DNA of 64,000 nucleotides from Bythopirellula sp. (GTDB lineage: Bacteria; Planctomycetota; Planctomycetia; Pirellulales; Lacipirellulaceae): NCBI GenBank assembly GCA_965216565.1, contig OZ244170.1:3168001-3232000 (forward strand), read 5' to 3'. Each line of letters begins with the position of its first letter. Positions within the stretch are counted from its first letter, which is position 1. This document shows positions 1-9,672 of this stretch, in pieces. The notes beneath the pieces are model-generated. The model made no database searches and was not told the origin of the DNA. It saw nothing but the letters and a program-made list of their open reading frames with translations. The translations under genes were made by a program, and so were the position numbers.

Positions 1-527
1 CAAACGATTTTGATAGTATCGATGTCCTGGTCACAACAGCATCGATTTGGGATGAAATACCTTTCGAAAAAGTAACAAGTGATGACCTAGAGAATAATTT
101 TAGAATCAATACGCTCGGCACTTTTTACGCGGCGCGTGCAGCCGGATTGGTAATGGCTGAACAATCCGAGGGAGGTTCGATCGTGACGATTGGCGATTGG
201 TCCATCGACCGGCCCTATCCCGATCACGCTGCCTACTTTATTTCCAAGGGTGCCTTGCCGACTCTGACACGTGTATTGGCAAGAGAATTGGGCGATCGCA
301 ATCCCAAGGTACGAGTCAACTGCATCCACCCTGGGCCCGTGATGTTTCCACCCGATGCTTCGGAAGAGAGAAAGTCGCGACTCATTGAGGCAACAGTCGT
401 GAAGGATGCCGACTGCCCCGAAATGGTTGCCAAGGCAGTGGAAGCATTCATCACCAACCACTTTGTCACTGGCACCTGCCTGCCAGTCGATGGTGGGCGT
501 CACATGTACAGCCCGAACGAACCTTAG
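1..527 (+). CDS. SDR family oxidoreductase (pteridine reductase-like), 5'-truncated by the window edge
   Basis: Frame is open from nt 3 (..IDVLVTTAS..F RINTLGTF..). Catalytic YxxxK (YFISK), VRVNCIHPG and the C-terminal VTGTCLPVDGG are all SDR motifs. Confidence 0.85.
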   Translation, partial: NDFDSIDVLVTTASIWDEIPFEKVTSDDLENNFRINTLGTFYAARAAGLVMAEQSEGGSIVTIGDWSIDRPYPDHAAYFISKGALPTLTRVLARELGDRNPKVRVNCIHPGPVMFPPDASEERKSRLIEATVVKDADCPEMVAKAVEAFITNHFVTGTCLPVDGGRHMYSPNEP

Positions 528-614
528 TCCCGAGATTTTTATCTCAGGGACTCACCCACTGAAACTCGCACTCGCAATTCATTAACCACCAGTATTTAGT
601 ATACGGAGTAAATT

Positions 615-836
615 ATGGCATCTGGATACAACGTCGGTACCAAAGTGAAATGGAAGTGGGGCCAAGGTTGGGGGAAGGGCAAAGTTGAAGAACGATTTAC
701 AGAGATAGTCACCCGCACTATCGAGGGAAACGAAGTAACCCGCGAAGCCTCAGACGAAGAGCCCGCTTATCTCATAGAACAAGAGGACGAGGCTCAGGTG
801 CTGAAGTCTCATTCCGAGGTGGAAAAGGACGATTGA
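615..836 (+). CDS. DUF2945 / hypervirulence-associated Tudor-like small protein
   Basis: 73 aa with GGAG RBS; pattern VKWKWGQG..G.VEE..T......G....R.AS.EEPAYLIEQ....VLK. Confidence 0.75.
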   Translation: MASGYNVGTKVKWKWGQGWGKGKVEERFTEIVTRTIEGNEVTREASDEEPAYLIEQEDEAQVLKSHSEVEKDD

Positions 837-1087
837 GTAGGGCCGGCCGAGTGCAATCCTAGCTTGCAAATCGGCATGCATTCCCTTTGCAGGAACTGAA
901 GTAGAGATAGTCTGCACTCTAACACCACAACATTCTCCTTGAAAATCATTCTCAATGAATCCAAGGAAGTAGCGATGCGGCGTGGAAGCAATGCCTCGCA
1001 ATCTTTCCATGAAATTAGCTAGGGTAATCCCTTTTTGCGACGCGCAGATGCTGCATCTCTCGCAAGACATGCTAAAACTTGTACATC

Positions 1088-1798
1088 ATGGATCATCTTC
1101 CGGCAGGTACTAAATCCCTAGTAGTCTCTTACCAAGCGATTCGGCGAGGAATCGGCGTCATCGGATTACTGCTTCCAATTGTCTTAGGACCTGTCGGCTG
1201 GTTCGCCCTCGGGATCGAGATTCAGGACAACATGAGCAGCTACTACCACACAGAACTGCGCGACCTTTTCGTTGGTGCGTTGTGCTCGATCGGAGTCTTT
1301 CTGTTTTGCTACCAAGGTTATGACTGGATCGAAAACTGGACCGCCAACTTCGGTGGGATTTCCGCACTAGGAATTGCGCTATTTCCACTCGACCCCAATA
1401 CCGACTTACTGCTGCAACGCACCTACAGTGGCTATTTGCACACATTTTGTGGCGGCGTTTTTTTCCTAACTCTGGCCTTTTACTCGCTGTACCATTTCCC
1501 AACCAATCAAGAAAAGAATCACGAGTTGGCACCTCACGAGCAGGAAAGGAACTTTGTCTACGTTACCAGCGGAATAGTTCTCATGATCTCTGTGGCAGCA
1601 ATGGCAGCGTATCTGTTTCTTCTTTCTAGTTCTCTCAGAATGCTTGCCGACGATTACAACCTTATGTTCTGGCTGGAGTGGATTGCAGTCTGGGCTTTTG
1701 CCGCTGCTTGGCTGACGAAAGGTCGAGCGATTCTTGCTGATATCGCAATCGATCTGATGTCCCTACCGGGACAGGTCCTTGGAAAGAAGAACGCTTAA
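1088..1798 (+). CDS. Multi-pass membrane protein (DUF998-like)
   Basis: About 6 hydrophobic segments; motifs SY..IRR.IG.IG, SSYYH and WLEWIAVWAF...WLTKG. ATG at 1088 chosen over TTG at 1079. Confidence 0.7.
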   Translation: MDHLPAGTKSLVVSYQAIRRGIGVIGLLLPIVLGPVGWFALGIEIQDNMSSYYHTELRDLFVGALCSIGVFLFCYQGYDWIENWTANFGGISALGIALFPLDPNTDLLLQRTYSGYLHTFCGGVFFLTLAFYSLYHFPTNQEKNHELAPHEQERNFVYVTSGIVLMISVAAMAAYLFLLSSSLRMLADDYNLMFWLEWIAVWAFAAAWLTKGRAILADIAIDLMSLPGQVLGKKNA

Positions 1799-1819
1799 GA
1801 ATCCGGACCCGATGCTCAC

Positions 1820-2152
1820 TTAGACGCTACAAGACTTGCCCTCACCCAGATCTTCATCCGAGCCTTCAGCAGAATCGACTTCCACGCCGTTCCAAAAAGC
1901 AACATGGCCGGCGATCTCTGCAGCTTCTGACTTAGGGGTGGGATAGTACCAAGCCGCCTGTTCATTAACTTTACCATCGACTACCACATCGTAATAATGA
2001 GCGGTGCCCTTCCAGCCGCAGATACTCGTCGCGGCGGAACGGGTTAGGTACTCCTGGTTGACACTCTCTGGCGGGAAGTACAGGTTGCCCTCCATCACCT
2101 TGGTTTTTGCGGCTTCCGCTAGAACTACCCCATTCCAGGTTGCCTTGGCCAT
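1820..2152 (-). CDS. DUF427 domain protein
   Basis: AKATWNGVVLAE..EGNLYFPP...CGWKGTAHYY...AAWYYP.P; GGAG RBS upstream of ATG at 2152. Confidence 0.85.
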   Translation of the reverse strand: MAKATWNGVVLAEAAKTKVMEGNLYFPPESVNQEYLTRSAATSICGWKGTAHYYDVVVDGKVNEQAAWYYPTPKSEAAEIAGHVAFWNGVEVDSAEGSDEDLGEGKSCSV

Positions 2153-2393
2153 TAAATTCTCTCCAAAAAATTTGCTGCGAGTTTGTGGTGATCCCTGGCA
2201 GTATTGTACCAATCCAGGGCGTGTGACAAGCTGCAAAACAACTCGAACCTAGATAGTGGAGATTGCCAGACTTGTGGTTTGTGTTTTAGGTTTGTGGGTC
2301 GTGTTATAGGTTAAGGACAAGTAAGTAGAGATGCTATCCCCCCTTCGCATGCATCAGTCGCATTGAGTAAAAAGCTGCATTGAGCAAATAGCC

Positions 2394-3560
2394 ATGTCCC
2401 AATCAAAAAGTTCAGTCGCCAGAATCTGCGCCGGAGTGCCAGAGAAGAATAACACACTCTATTGGCGAGTTGGATTTGTTGTGGGCGATCCAGTTGCCTT
2501 GATTGAAATCTCGCAAGCAGATCGCGTCCATACCGAGCTGATTTTACGTGACATCGAAGTCGAGCGAGCACGACAATCGGCGCGAGCCGATAGCGTCTCG
2601 TCCCCCGCTGAGTTCACGCCGTCAGGGGGCTTATCCGGAGATCGCGAAACGGCCACGGCACAGGCTGCTGCCGAGTATCTTCGCCGACAAGACATTTCCG
2701 AGGTGGTGGCAGACAGAACCTTGCCACTGATCTTTGCGGAATACCTGTCCCGTGCCGGTATTGCAGTCGAGTGCGATCCTGAAATGTGGGTGACTGCACG
2801 TCGGCAAAAAACAGAACAAGAGATCGAGCATCTTCGTGCCGCGCAGCACACTACCGAACGCGCCGTACAGTTTGCTTGCGAGATGATCGCTCGTGCCAAT
2901 CCAGATAAAGAAGGCTTGCTCACACTAGACAATCAACCTTTAACCTCCGAGCGCGTGCGGACCGCGGTTGATCATTTCTTGATGGACGAAGGATTCGTAA
3001 ACCCCACGTCCATAGTTGCGGGTGGACCTCAAGGTGCTGATTGCCACAACGTCGGGGCCGGCACTCTCCGCACCGCAGAGCCGGTGATCGTCGACATCTT
3101 TCCTCGTTGTCGGAGTACTCGCTATTGGGGCGACTGCACTCGCACCGTGGTGCATGGTGAAATACCCGATCGAGTTCGCGAAATGCACCAGGCTGTTTGT
3201 CGGGCCAAAGCAATCTCAGAGCAAGCGACGGCCGTCGGCGTCACCGGCGAACAAGTGCACCAAGCTACAATCGATGAAATTCGCAACCAGGGCTTCTCTG
3301 TGGGACTTCCCGACGACGAGTCCCCCAACTCCTATTGTGCCATGACACACGGAACGGGGCACGGCGTGGGCCTGGATATTCACGAGCCGCCGCTACTTGA
3401 TATCAAAGGACCGCCGCTGTTGGCTGGTGAAGCGATGACCATCGAGCCTGGACTCTATTGTCGAGAGATTGGCGGCATCCGAGTGGAGGACATGGTGATC
3501 GTGAGAGACAATGGCTGCGAGAATCTTAATTCCATCCAAGAAGGGCTCACTTGGACTTGA
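2394..3560 (+). CDS. Xaa-Pro peptidase (M24 family metallopeptidase)
   Basis: Metal-ligand motifs IVDIFP, GDCTRT, HGTGHGVGLDIHE, TIEPGLY and GIRVED. Confidence 0.92.
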   Translation: MSQSKSSVARICAGVPEKNNTLYWRVGFVVGDPVALIEISQADRVHTELILRDIEVERARQSARADSVSSPAEFTPSGGLSGDRETATAQAAAEYLRRQDISEVVADRTLPLIFAEYLSRAGIAVECDPEMWVTARRQKTEQEIEHLRAAQHTTERAVQFACEMIARANPDKEGLLTLDNQPLTSERVRTAVDHFLMDEGFVNPTSIVAGGPQGADCHNVGAGTLRTAEPVIVDIFPRCRSTRYWGDCTRTVVHGEIPDRVREMHQAVCRAKAISEQATAVGVTGEQVHQATIDEIRNQGFSVGLPDDESPNSYCAMTHGTGHGVGLDIHEPPLLDIKGPPLLAGEAMTIEPGLYCREIGGIRVEDMVIVRDNGCENLNSIQEGLTWT

Positions 3561-3706
3561 TCCTTGACCAGCGCTAGAGAACACTGAGATCTAGCAGACC
3601 TCTCTTGTTATCATTGATTCCGACTCAATGGCCAAGCGCGCACAATCAATAGCTCTCAGGATATTTCGATGATGAAGCTTCCGCCGAATCGCAATGCGGG
3701 GTCGTA

Positions 3707-5074
3707 ATGAAGCAGTGGATGCTATTCTTAGGCCCTGTTCTTTCGGTTTGCCTGGGTGTTGGGCTTTTTGTATCTGGCTCTTCGTCAGAAATTGCCTGGA
3801 CGGCGGGGGTGACCGCGCTAACGGCAATGTGGTGGATTTTCGAACCGATTCCCATCCCAGCCACGTCTCTAATTCCGATTAGCATCTTGCCTTTCGTTGG
3901 CGTCTTAGATCATAAGCAAGTCGGCGCTGCCTACGGAAGCCAACTGATTCTGTTACTGCTGGGAGGCTTCATGCTTTCCTCAGCTATGGCCAAAAGCGGG
4001 ACCCATCGTCGTATCGCGCTGACAATGGTTAGCCTCTTCGGTGGATCGAGTGGACGAAGACTCGTGCTGGGATTCATGGCCGCTTCGGCTGTGCTGAGCA
4101 TGTGGATATCGAACATGGCCACAACGCTTATGCTGCTGCCAATCGTATTGGCTGTTTTGGAAGACGTTTCCGATCGGGCATTGCGTAGGGCATTGCTCCT
4201 CGGAGTTGCCTATGCAGCCAGTGTAGGCGGTGTAGGCACACCAGTAGGTACGCCACCCAATTTGATCTTCATGCAAAACTATCTCAAGGTGACCGGTACG
4301 CAGCCAACGTTCTTAGAATGGATGACTTGGGCCCTGCCCGTGGTCGTGGTGATGGTGCCGACCATGGGGTGGTGGCTCACACGCGGACTCAAGAGAGGCG
4401 CGCCGATTAAACTGCCTGAGGTTGGCCGTTGGCGGCCCGAAGAGGTACGAACGCTCGCCGTGTTCTTCGTAACCGCATTGCTTTGGATGACACGCACCGA
4501 ACCCTTCGGCGGATGGAGGGCTTGGGCAGGCTTGCCGACCGCGACCGACGCCAGCGTCGCGTTGCTTGCAGTCGTGACCATGTTTCTAATTCCGAATGGG
4601 AAAGGCCAAAAGCTGCTAGACTGGGAAACCGCCGTCAAAATCCCTTGGGGAATCTTGCTGCTCTTTAGCGCAGGCATGGTCATCGCCGAGGCGTTTAAAC
4701 AATCAGGATTGAGCGAATCGCTCGGCAACATGCTCACGGGGCTCGGGCAATTGCCAACTTTTTTGCTGATCTTATGCATCTGCCTGTCGATCACGTTCCT
4801 TACGGAAGTCACCAGCAACACGGCGACCACCACCTTGCTCATGCCTATTCTCGGCGCGGCCGCCCTGAAATCGGGCATCGATCCAAAAATCATCATGGTC
4901 CCGGCCACGATAAGCGCGAGCTTCGCATTCATGCTACCCGCTGCTACCGGGCCGAATGCCGTTGTGTTTGGTTCCGAGCAGCTCACGGTCAAAGAAATGG
5001 CGCGCGAGGGAGTCGCCTTGAATTTTATAGGAGTGGGGATCGTCTCGGTACTTTCCTATTTCTTGTTTACTTAG
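3707..5074 (+). CDS. SLC13/DASS family Na+/dicarboxylate or sulfate symporter
   Basis: Highly hydrophobic 455 aa; SMWISN.AT, GTPVGTPPN, TEVTSNTAT and AFMLP.AT.PNAVVF motifs. Confidence 0.92.
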   Translation: MKQWMLFLGPVLSVCLGVGLFVSGSSSEIAWTAGVTALTAMWWIFEPIPIPATSLIPISILPFVGVLDHKQVGAAYGSQLILLLLGGFMLSSAMAKSGTHRRIALTMVSLFGGSSGRRLVLGFMAASAVLSMWISNMATTLMLLPIVLAVLEDVSDRALRRALLLGVAYAASVGGVGTPVGTPPNLIFMQNYLKVTGTQPTFLEWMTWALPVVVVMVPTMGWWLTRGLKRGAPIKLPEVGRWRPEEVRTLAVFFVTALLWMTRTEPFGGWRAWAGLPTATDASVALLAVVTMFLIPNGKGQKLLDWETAVKIPWGILLLFSAGMVIAEAFKQSGLSESLGNMLTGLGQLPTFLLILCICLSITFLTEVTSNTATTTLLMPILGAAALKSGIDPKIIMVPATISASFAFMLPAATGPNAVVFGSEQLTVKEMAREGVALNFIGVGIVSVLSYFLFT

Positions 5075-5276
5075 ACAATGTTCAGGCGCGTGCCACAATC
5101 AGTGCTGCGCAAAAGATGGCTAGACGCATCGGGGACATGACTCCCAACTAAATTTCCGTGTCCAGAGAAACTACAGCTACCGATCACCAGCCAAGATTTT
5201 TTTGCCTGGCTTAAGTTACCAGCGGACCGCAGACACTCAACCAAGTTGAGTATTTGTCTTTGAATTCGGTAGAGAC

Positions 5277-7082
5277 TCACTGCCCGGCGAGCGCCAAGTC
5301 GGTGGACGATTTGGCATCGGCAAGAGGCAACCGAAAACAGGCTGCCTCTTGAGAATTCCGCACATAGAGCCGATCACCCACCACGACGGGATGATTCCAG
5401 GTTTTACCATCCAGAGCAGGAATCTCTGCCAGTTTTTCATGGCCGTCTGGATCCGCTTTTAAGAGTACAACCTCACCCGTTTCGCTGATAATTAACAAAA
5501 CTCCCGCGTCGGCAAGTAGTAACACTTGCCCTTTTCCGTAACGACCCTTTTTCCAACGTCGCTTGCCATCGTCGAGGCCAATACAAGCGAATATAGCACC
5601 ATCGAATCCATAAGCATGATTCTTGTGGACCACAAAATCGTTGAAGTCAGGGTCAAGGTGCAGTGAAGTCCATAGATCTTTGCTCTTCAGCGTATCTCCA
5701 TGACTTGTAATGTGAATACGACGGAGGCCCACGCCGATGCCCGAGGGCACTAGCAGATGATTCTCCCCGATGTCTTGAGGCTGTAGCGCACGGTAACTTT
5801 CAATCTTCCACTCGTAGTTCATTGTCTGCTTACCGTTAGCTGGCTCGAGTACTCTCATCCCGTCGTTGGTAAGCATCAACACAAGTTGCTGCTCGTCGAT
5901 AACGACTGGCTGAGGTGAACTGTAGGAATGGTCGCCCGCCGGAGCACTCCAGCGCAAGTCGCCCGACTCCACGTCGAGGGCCAAAGTACCCATTTGCTCT
6001 TTGCCACCGGCATGAACGATCACGACTCCATCGATTACAAGTGGTGAAGAGGAGAATCCCCAGGTGGGCGGCTGCCGATCGGCGACCTCTCGGAGATCTT
6101 TCTGCCAAATGACCTCCCCACTAGTTGGGTCAAGCCGCGTGAGCAGTCCATTCGCTCCCATCGCAAACAGACTCCCCTCAGCCAGAGTAGGTGTGGCGCG
6201 TGGACCGGGGCCTCCTAATGCTTCGGAAAAACGAGTTTCTTCTTCGTGAACCCACAACTCCTGTCCAGTTGACGCATCGTAGCACACCACCGCTTCGTTA
6301 GGGCCGCGCTGTTCTTGCGTAAAGAGCAGCCCACCGGCAACCGCAAATGAAGACCATCCCGGACCAACCTGCGTTTTCCAAAGCTGCTCTGGTGGATGGG
6401 TACTCCAATCTGTCTCGAGATGCACGCCACGCTGACGACCATCGCGATTCCCGCCGCGAAAAGCGGGCCATTCGGGATCGGCAATCGCGTTGATTGCCTC
6501 GGGCGTTTGTAGTTGCTCAAGGCTCTGTGATTCGGCCCTCTGCTTCCCCGCGATGAATTGTTCTTCGGCAGTCGGAGTGAATCGCCAGTGGAGGCCCAAA
6601 GCAAAGTTCCCCCACATGCCATCGTTGCGGAGCAAAGTCGTCGCTCCAAATCCACAAGCGGCCAGTAAAAGAGCAACGATTGTTCTGCGAAACGACAATC
6701 GCCGGGAAAATAGAATCGCTCCCAGAGTAAAAGCGGCAATCCCAGCGGGAAAGACAATCATCATCAATCCAGCACCTTGCATCGATTCGTGCATCGACAG
6801 GATCGCGGCGGCAGCGAACGCGGCAAACCCAAAGCCACCAACGAGCCGCTCGCGCCAAGTAGCGCGGCTCGCAAACAACCACCATAAGATTAACAGTGCT
6901 TGGGAACCCATTAAACCGAAGAAAGCAGACATGAGAATCTTGTCCGTTAGATCTCCTACCAACGTTGGAATGCTACGGCTCACCGCCAGCACAACCAACA
7001 ACAAGATCGCCGGCCAAATCCTCAACGGACGGTAGCAAGGTTGCGACTCGTCAGCAGCAGTTGAATTCTCCGTACTATCCAT
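5277..7082 (-). CDS. PQQ-binding-like beta-propeller protein (planctomycete BamB-like family) with N-terminal membrane segments
   Basis: WPAFRG..RDG, GPGWSS, GPRATP, SSSPLV, YSSP and TWNHPVV repeats; about 5 N-terminal TM helices; GGAGG RBS. Confidence 0.88.
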   Translation of the reverse strand: MDSTENSTAADESQPCYRPLRIWPAILLLVVLAVSRSIPTLVGDLTDKILMSAFFGLMGSQALLILWWLFASRATWRERLVGGFGFAAFAAAAILSMHESMQGAGLMMIVFPAGIAAFTLGAILFSRRLSFRRTIVALLLAACGFGATTLLRNDGMWGNFALGLHWRFTPTAEEQFIAGKQRAESQSLEQLQTPEAINAIADPEWPAFRGGNRDGRQRGVHLETDWSTHPPEQLWKTQVGPGWSSFAVAGGLLFTQEQRGPNEAVVCYDASTGQELWVHEEETRFSEALGGPGPRATPTLAEGSLFAMGANGLLTRLDPTSGEVIWQKDLREVADRQPPTWGFSSSPLVIDGVVIVHAGGKEQMGTLALDVESGDLRWSAPAGDHSYSSPQPVVIDEQQLVLMLTNDGMRVLEPANGKQTMNYEWKIESYRALQPQDIGENHLLVPSGIGVGLRRIHITSHGDTLKSKDLWTSLHLDPDFNDFVVHKNHAYGFDGAIFACIGLDDGKRRWKKGRYGKGQVLLLADAGVLLIISETGEVVLLKADPDGHEKLAEIPALDGKTWNHPVVVGDRLYVRNSQEAACFRLPLADAKSSTDLALAGQ

Positions 7083-7189
7083 GAGTACCTCCTAAACGGT
7101 CTCCTCAGACTATTGCAGTGGGAATATTGAGAGCAAATAGTTCTTCGTTGCGATTGTCGATTTATTGGTCGGGAAACTAAATCGCTAAT

Positions 7190-8311
7190 CTATTTGAGGG
7201 TGATCGTCTTACCTAGGGCGGCCGATTCTTTGGCGGCTGCTAATATTTCCAAGACGATTAAGTTGTTTTCCAGCGCCGACAAGTCCCCAGGTTTCACTGC
7301 CACATCGCCTCGAATTGCAGCGGCGAAGTACTCGAATGGGTTCCTAAAGGGTCGTGCTAGTGCATTGGCCTGAAAGGTCTTCTCCTCGCCATCTTCTTTT
7401 AGTCGTATTCTCATTTTCAGATTGTCCTCGCAAACAATCGAGCCCGTCTCTCCATAAACTTCCATATCTTTCCGACTCCGTGGCCAATTCCAAGAAGCTT
7501 GGATAATTCCCTGACAATTCGGGTAGCTAAGGACGATCGTGGCTTCGTCGTCGACGTCCGGATAGATTTCTGGTTGGAAGTTCTCCAGCACTGCCGTCAC
7601 TGTAGTCGGCTTTTCATTGTCCATAAGCCAAGTCATTAGGTTTGCACCGTAGCAGCCAAAATCGGTGACAGCCCCTCCCCCATTGAGCTTGGGATCGGTT
7701 AGCCAATCGAGAAACTCCCGATTGACACCAATCTTCTCGGGCCCGGCGTGACCGCTATGGACGACTATTTTCCGCAGCGTTCCGAGGGAATTCTCCGCAA
7801 TCAATTCTCGAGCACGATGATTGCTGCCATACCAGGTTGTCTCGTAGTTGATGAGCAGCAAAATGTCGTGCTCGCGAGCGAGGCGGGCCATCTCGCGCCC
7901 ATGTTCTATGCTAACCGCCAAAGGCTTTTCTACCATGACGTGTATTCCTCGCGGCGCGCATTGTTGAACCACTGCGAGATGATCGAAGGTAGTGCCGAAC
8001 GCCATCACTGCCTCGGGACGTGATTCGTTGAGCATTGTTTCTAGGCTAGGAAAGACTAAGTCTGTGCTGAAACTATGCTGCTGAGCGTAGCGGTGCGCCA
8101 GGTCTGCATTCGACTCAGCAATACCAACGATCTCGATGTCGCCTCGCGTTTCGCGTCCCAATAACCAATGCACATGTGTGTGCGTGAGCCCGGCAATGCC
8201 GACTCGCACGGGCTGAACGGGCTGTTGTGCCAACGTGGTAGTAGCGACCGCAAGCAGCATAATCTTTAGGCCAAATTGGAGAAAAAACAGATTGCCGAAT
8301 TTTGCGTCCAT
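7190..8311 (-). CDS. Gfo/Idh/MocA family oxidoreductase, probably exported
   Basis: HVMVEKPLA and GGGAVTDFGCYG motifs; signal-peptide-like stretch before QQPVQP. Start uncertain (8311 or 8260). Confidence 0.88.
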   Translation of the reverse strand: MDAKFGNLFFLQFGLKIMLLAVATTTLAQQPVQPVRVGIAGLTHTHVHWLLGRETRGDIEIVGIAESNADLAHRYAQQHSFSTDLVFPSLETMLNESRPEAVMAFGTTFDHLAVVQQCAPRGIHVMVEKPLAVSIEHGREMARLAREHDILLLINYETTWYGSNHRARELIAENSLGTLRKIVVHSGHAGPEKIGVNREFLDWLTDPKLNGGGAVTDFGCYGANLMTWLMDNEKPTTVTAVLENFQPEIYPDVDDEATIVLSYPNCQGIIQASWNWPRSRKDMEVYGETGSIVCEDNLKMRIRLKEDGEEKTFQANALARPFRNPFEYFAAAIRGDVAVKPGDLSALENNLIVLEILAAAKESAALGKTITLK

Positions 8312-8824
8312 TGCTTCGTGTCCAGAAAGGCCAATCGAATAAATACAAAGACAATGATAGCAATCCGAGTTGTGCCTCGAACAGGTTTTCGCCCCGTACT
8401 GTTCACTCTGCATGGTTCCCGCTTGCAAGGTTCATCCTTGGCAACTGTCTTGCAGGCATCGCCAGACTTGTAACGGTTGCAACACTTCCAAACAGATTTA
8501 CAACGCACGCGGTTAACACCTCTTGGAAATTGTAAGGTCTGGGCAAACCTAGAGGCTAGATTTCTAGCACAGACGGGCAATTCAGTAATAGCAACGATTC
8601 AAGAGAAGAATTGGCATGGAATTCGCTTGCTTGTAAGAGCAGTGGTATGGAATCTCACAGTCAAGAAGATAGTGAGATTCGAAATGGCCTGGCAACTCGG
8701 GAGAGCTCCTGCCAGGCAAGACTGGGTTCGCGGGAACCGCTGAAACGCTCGGCGGAAATTGAACTCAGCCGAAAGCCACTCGTCTGAACAATATTGCGCG
8801 TCCTATGGAAAGGGAGAGACCAAA

Positions 8825-8917
8825 ATGTTTGCACCTATCATGATTGCTTGCGGAAGCTTCGTTCTTTATATCCTTCTAGACATTTCTCGTTACGGCGTTT
8901 CCGGCGATGCGATTTAG
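8825..8917 (+). CDS. Unannotated 30-aa hydrophobic small protein (MFAPIMIACGSFVLYILLDISRYGVSGDAI)
   Basis: ATG at 8825 to TAG at 8917; purine-rich RBS GGAAAGGGAGAG at 8807-8818; single hydrophobic segment; terminator downstream. Confidence 0.5.
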   Translation: MFAPIMIACGSFVLYILLDISRYGVSGDAI

Positions 8918-8994
8918 TTGACGTCCCCCACATCGCTCGTCGTTTTTTACTTCATCAACTCCTTCTGAACTTCGTCACCCAATCCTCCGGAAAT

Positions 8995-9050
8995 GGGGAT
9001 CGGCACTTTGGTTTGTCGCAAAGCCAAGATGTCGGTCCCCGTTTTTTATT
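8995..9050 (+). terminator. Long hairpin followed by a T-tract (intrinsic terminator)
   Basis: GGGGATCGGCA...TGTCGGTCCCC stem (with G-U pairs) around an inner TTGGTTTG/CAAAGCCAA stem, followed by GTTTTTTATT. Confidence 0.75.
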
Positions 9051-9083
9051 GGTGAGCTCTGCCTAAACTGTTAACATTGGGCA

Positions 9084-9581
9084 ATGCTCCATCCTGCCCG
9101 TCTGCCAGCTGATCAGCTTCTGAACGAATGTCGCGTTTCTCACACGCGCCGCTCCGGTCCTGGGGGCCAACACCGTAATAAGGTCCAGACAGCGGTGGTA
9201 CTCGAACACTCGCCCACCGGCATCCACGCCGAAGCGAGCGAGCGCCGCAGCCAGCAGCAGAATAAGCAAATTGCCTTGCAGCGACTTCGCGTGAATCTTG
9301 CACTCGCCGTGCGTGAGCAGCCGATCGACAAGCCCTCCGATCTGTGGCAGCAACGCGTGAAGAGCACACGCATCTCGGTAAGTGCCCAGCATGAAGACTT
9401 TCCTGCCCTACTGGCTGAAGTTCTCGATCAACTTCATTCGCAAGAGTTCGAAATCGCCCCGACGGCAGCCTGGCTGGGTATCAGTTCTTCGCAACTTGTG
9501 AAGTTTCTCAAAGTGGAACCTACGGCTCTTGCGGAAGTGAATCGGCATCGCAAACAGCTCGGAATCTCTCAATTGCGCTAA
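9084..9581 (+). CDS. Peptide chain release factor-like protein (GGQ domain, ArfB-related)
   Basis: RRSGPGGQHRNKVQTAV.L.H.PTGI....SERRSQ..NK..AL.RL; lacks the codon-recognition domains of RF1/RF2. Confidence 0.88.
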   Translation: MLHPARLPADQLLNECRVSHTRRSGPGGQHRNKVQTAVVLEHSPTGIHAEASERRSQQQNKQIALQRLRVNLALAVREQPIDKPSDLWQQRVKSTRISVSAQHEDFPALLAEVLDQLHSQEFEIAPTAAWLGISSSQLVKFLKVEPTALAEVNRHRKQLGISQLR

Positions 9582-9672
9582 GTGAGTGGTTGCCGATTGT
9601 GCAAAACGTCCACATAGAAGTGCCAGATGTCTCTGCTATTGCCTGGGAGCGAAACACTCTACAATTGTGGTC

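Noticed and set aside
8680..8820. Glycine or c-di-GMP riboswitch
   Set aside because: Only fragments are present (GGAGAG, CCGAA; GGCAAACC at about 8542). The remaining conserved elements, such as CTCTCAGG or GACGCAAAGC, are absent.
8947..8965. Minus-strand AAGGAG followed by ATG AAG TAA (Met-Lys-stop minigene)
   Set aside because: Too short to distinguish from chance; the same bases are equally explained as an anti-SD segment of the plus-strand RNA.
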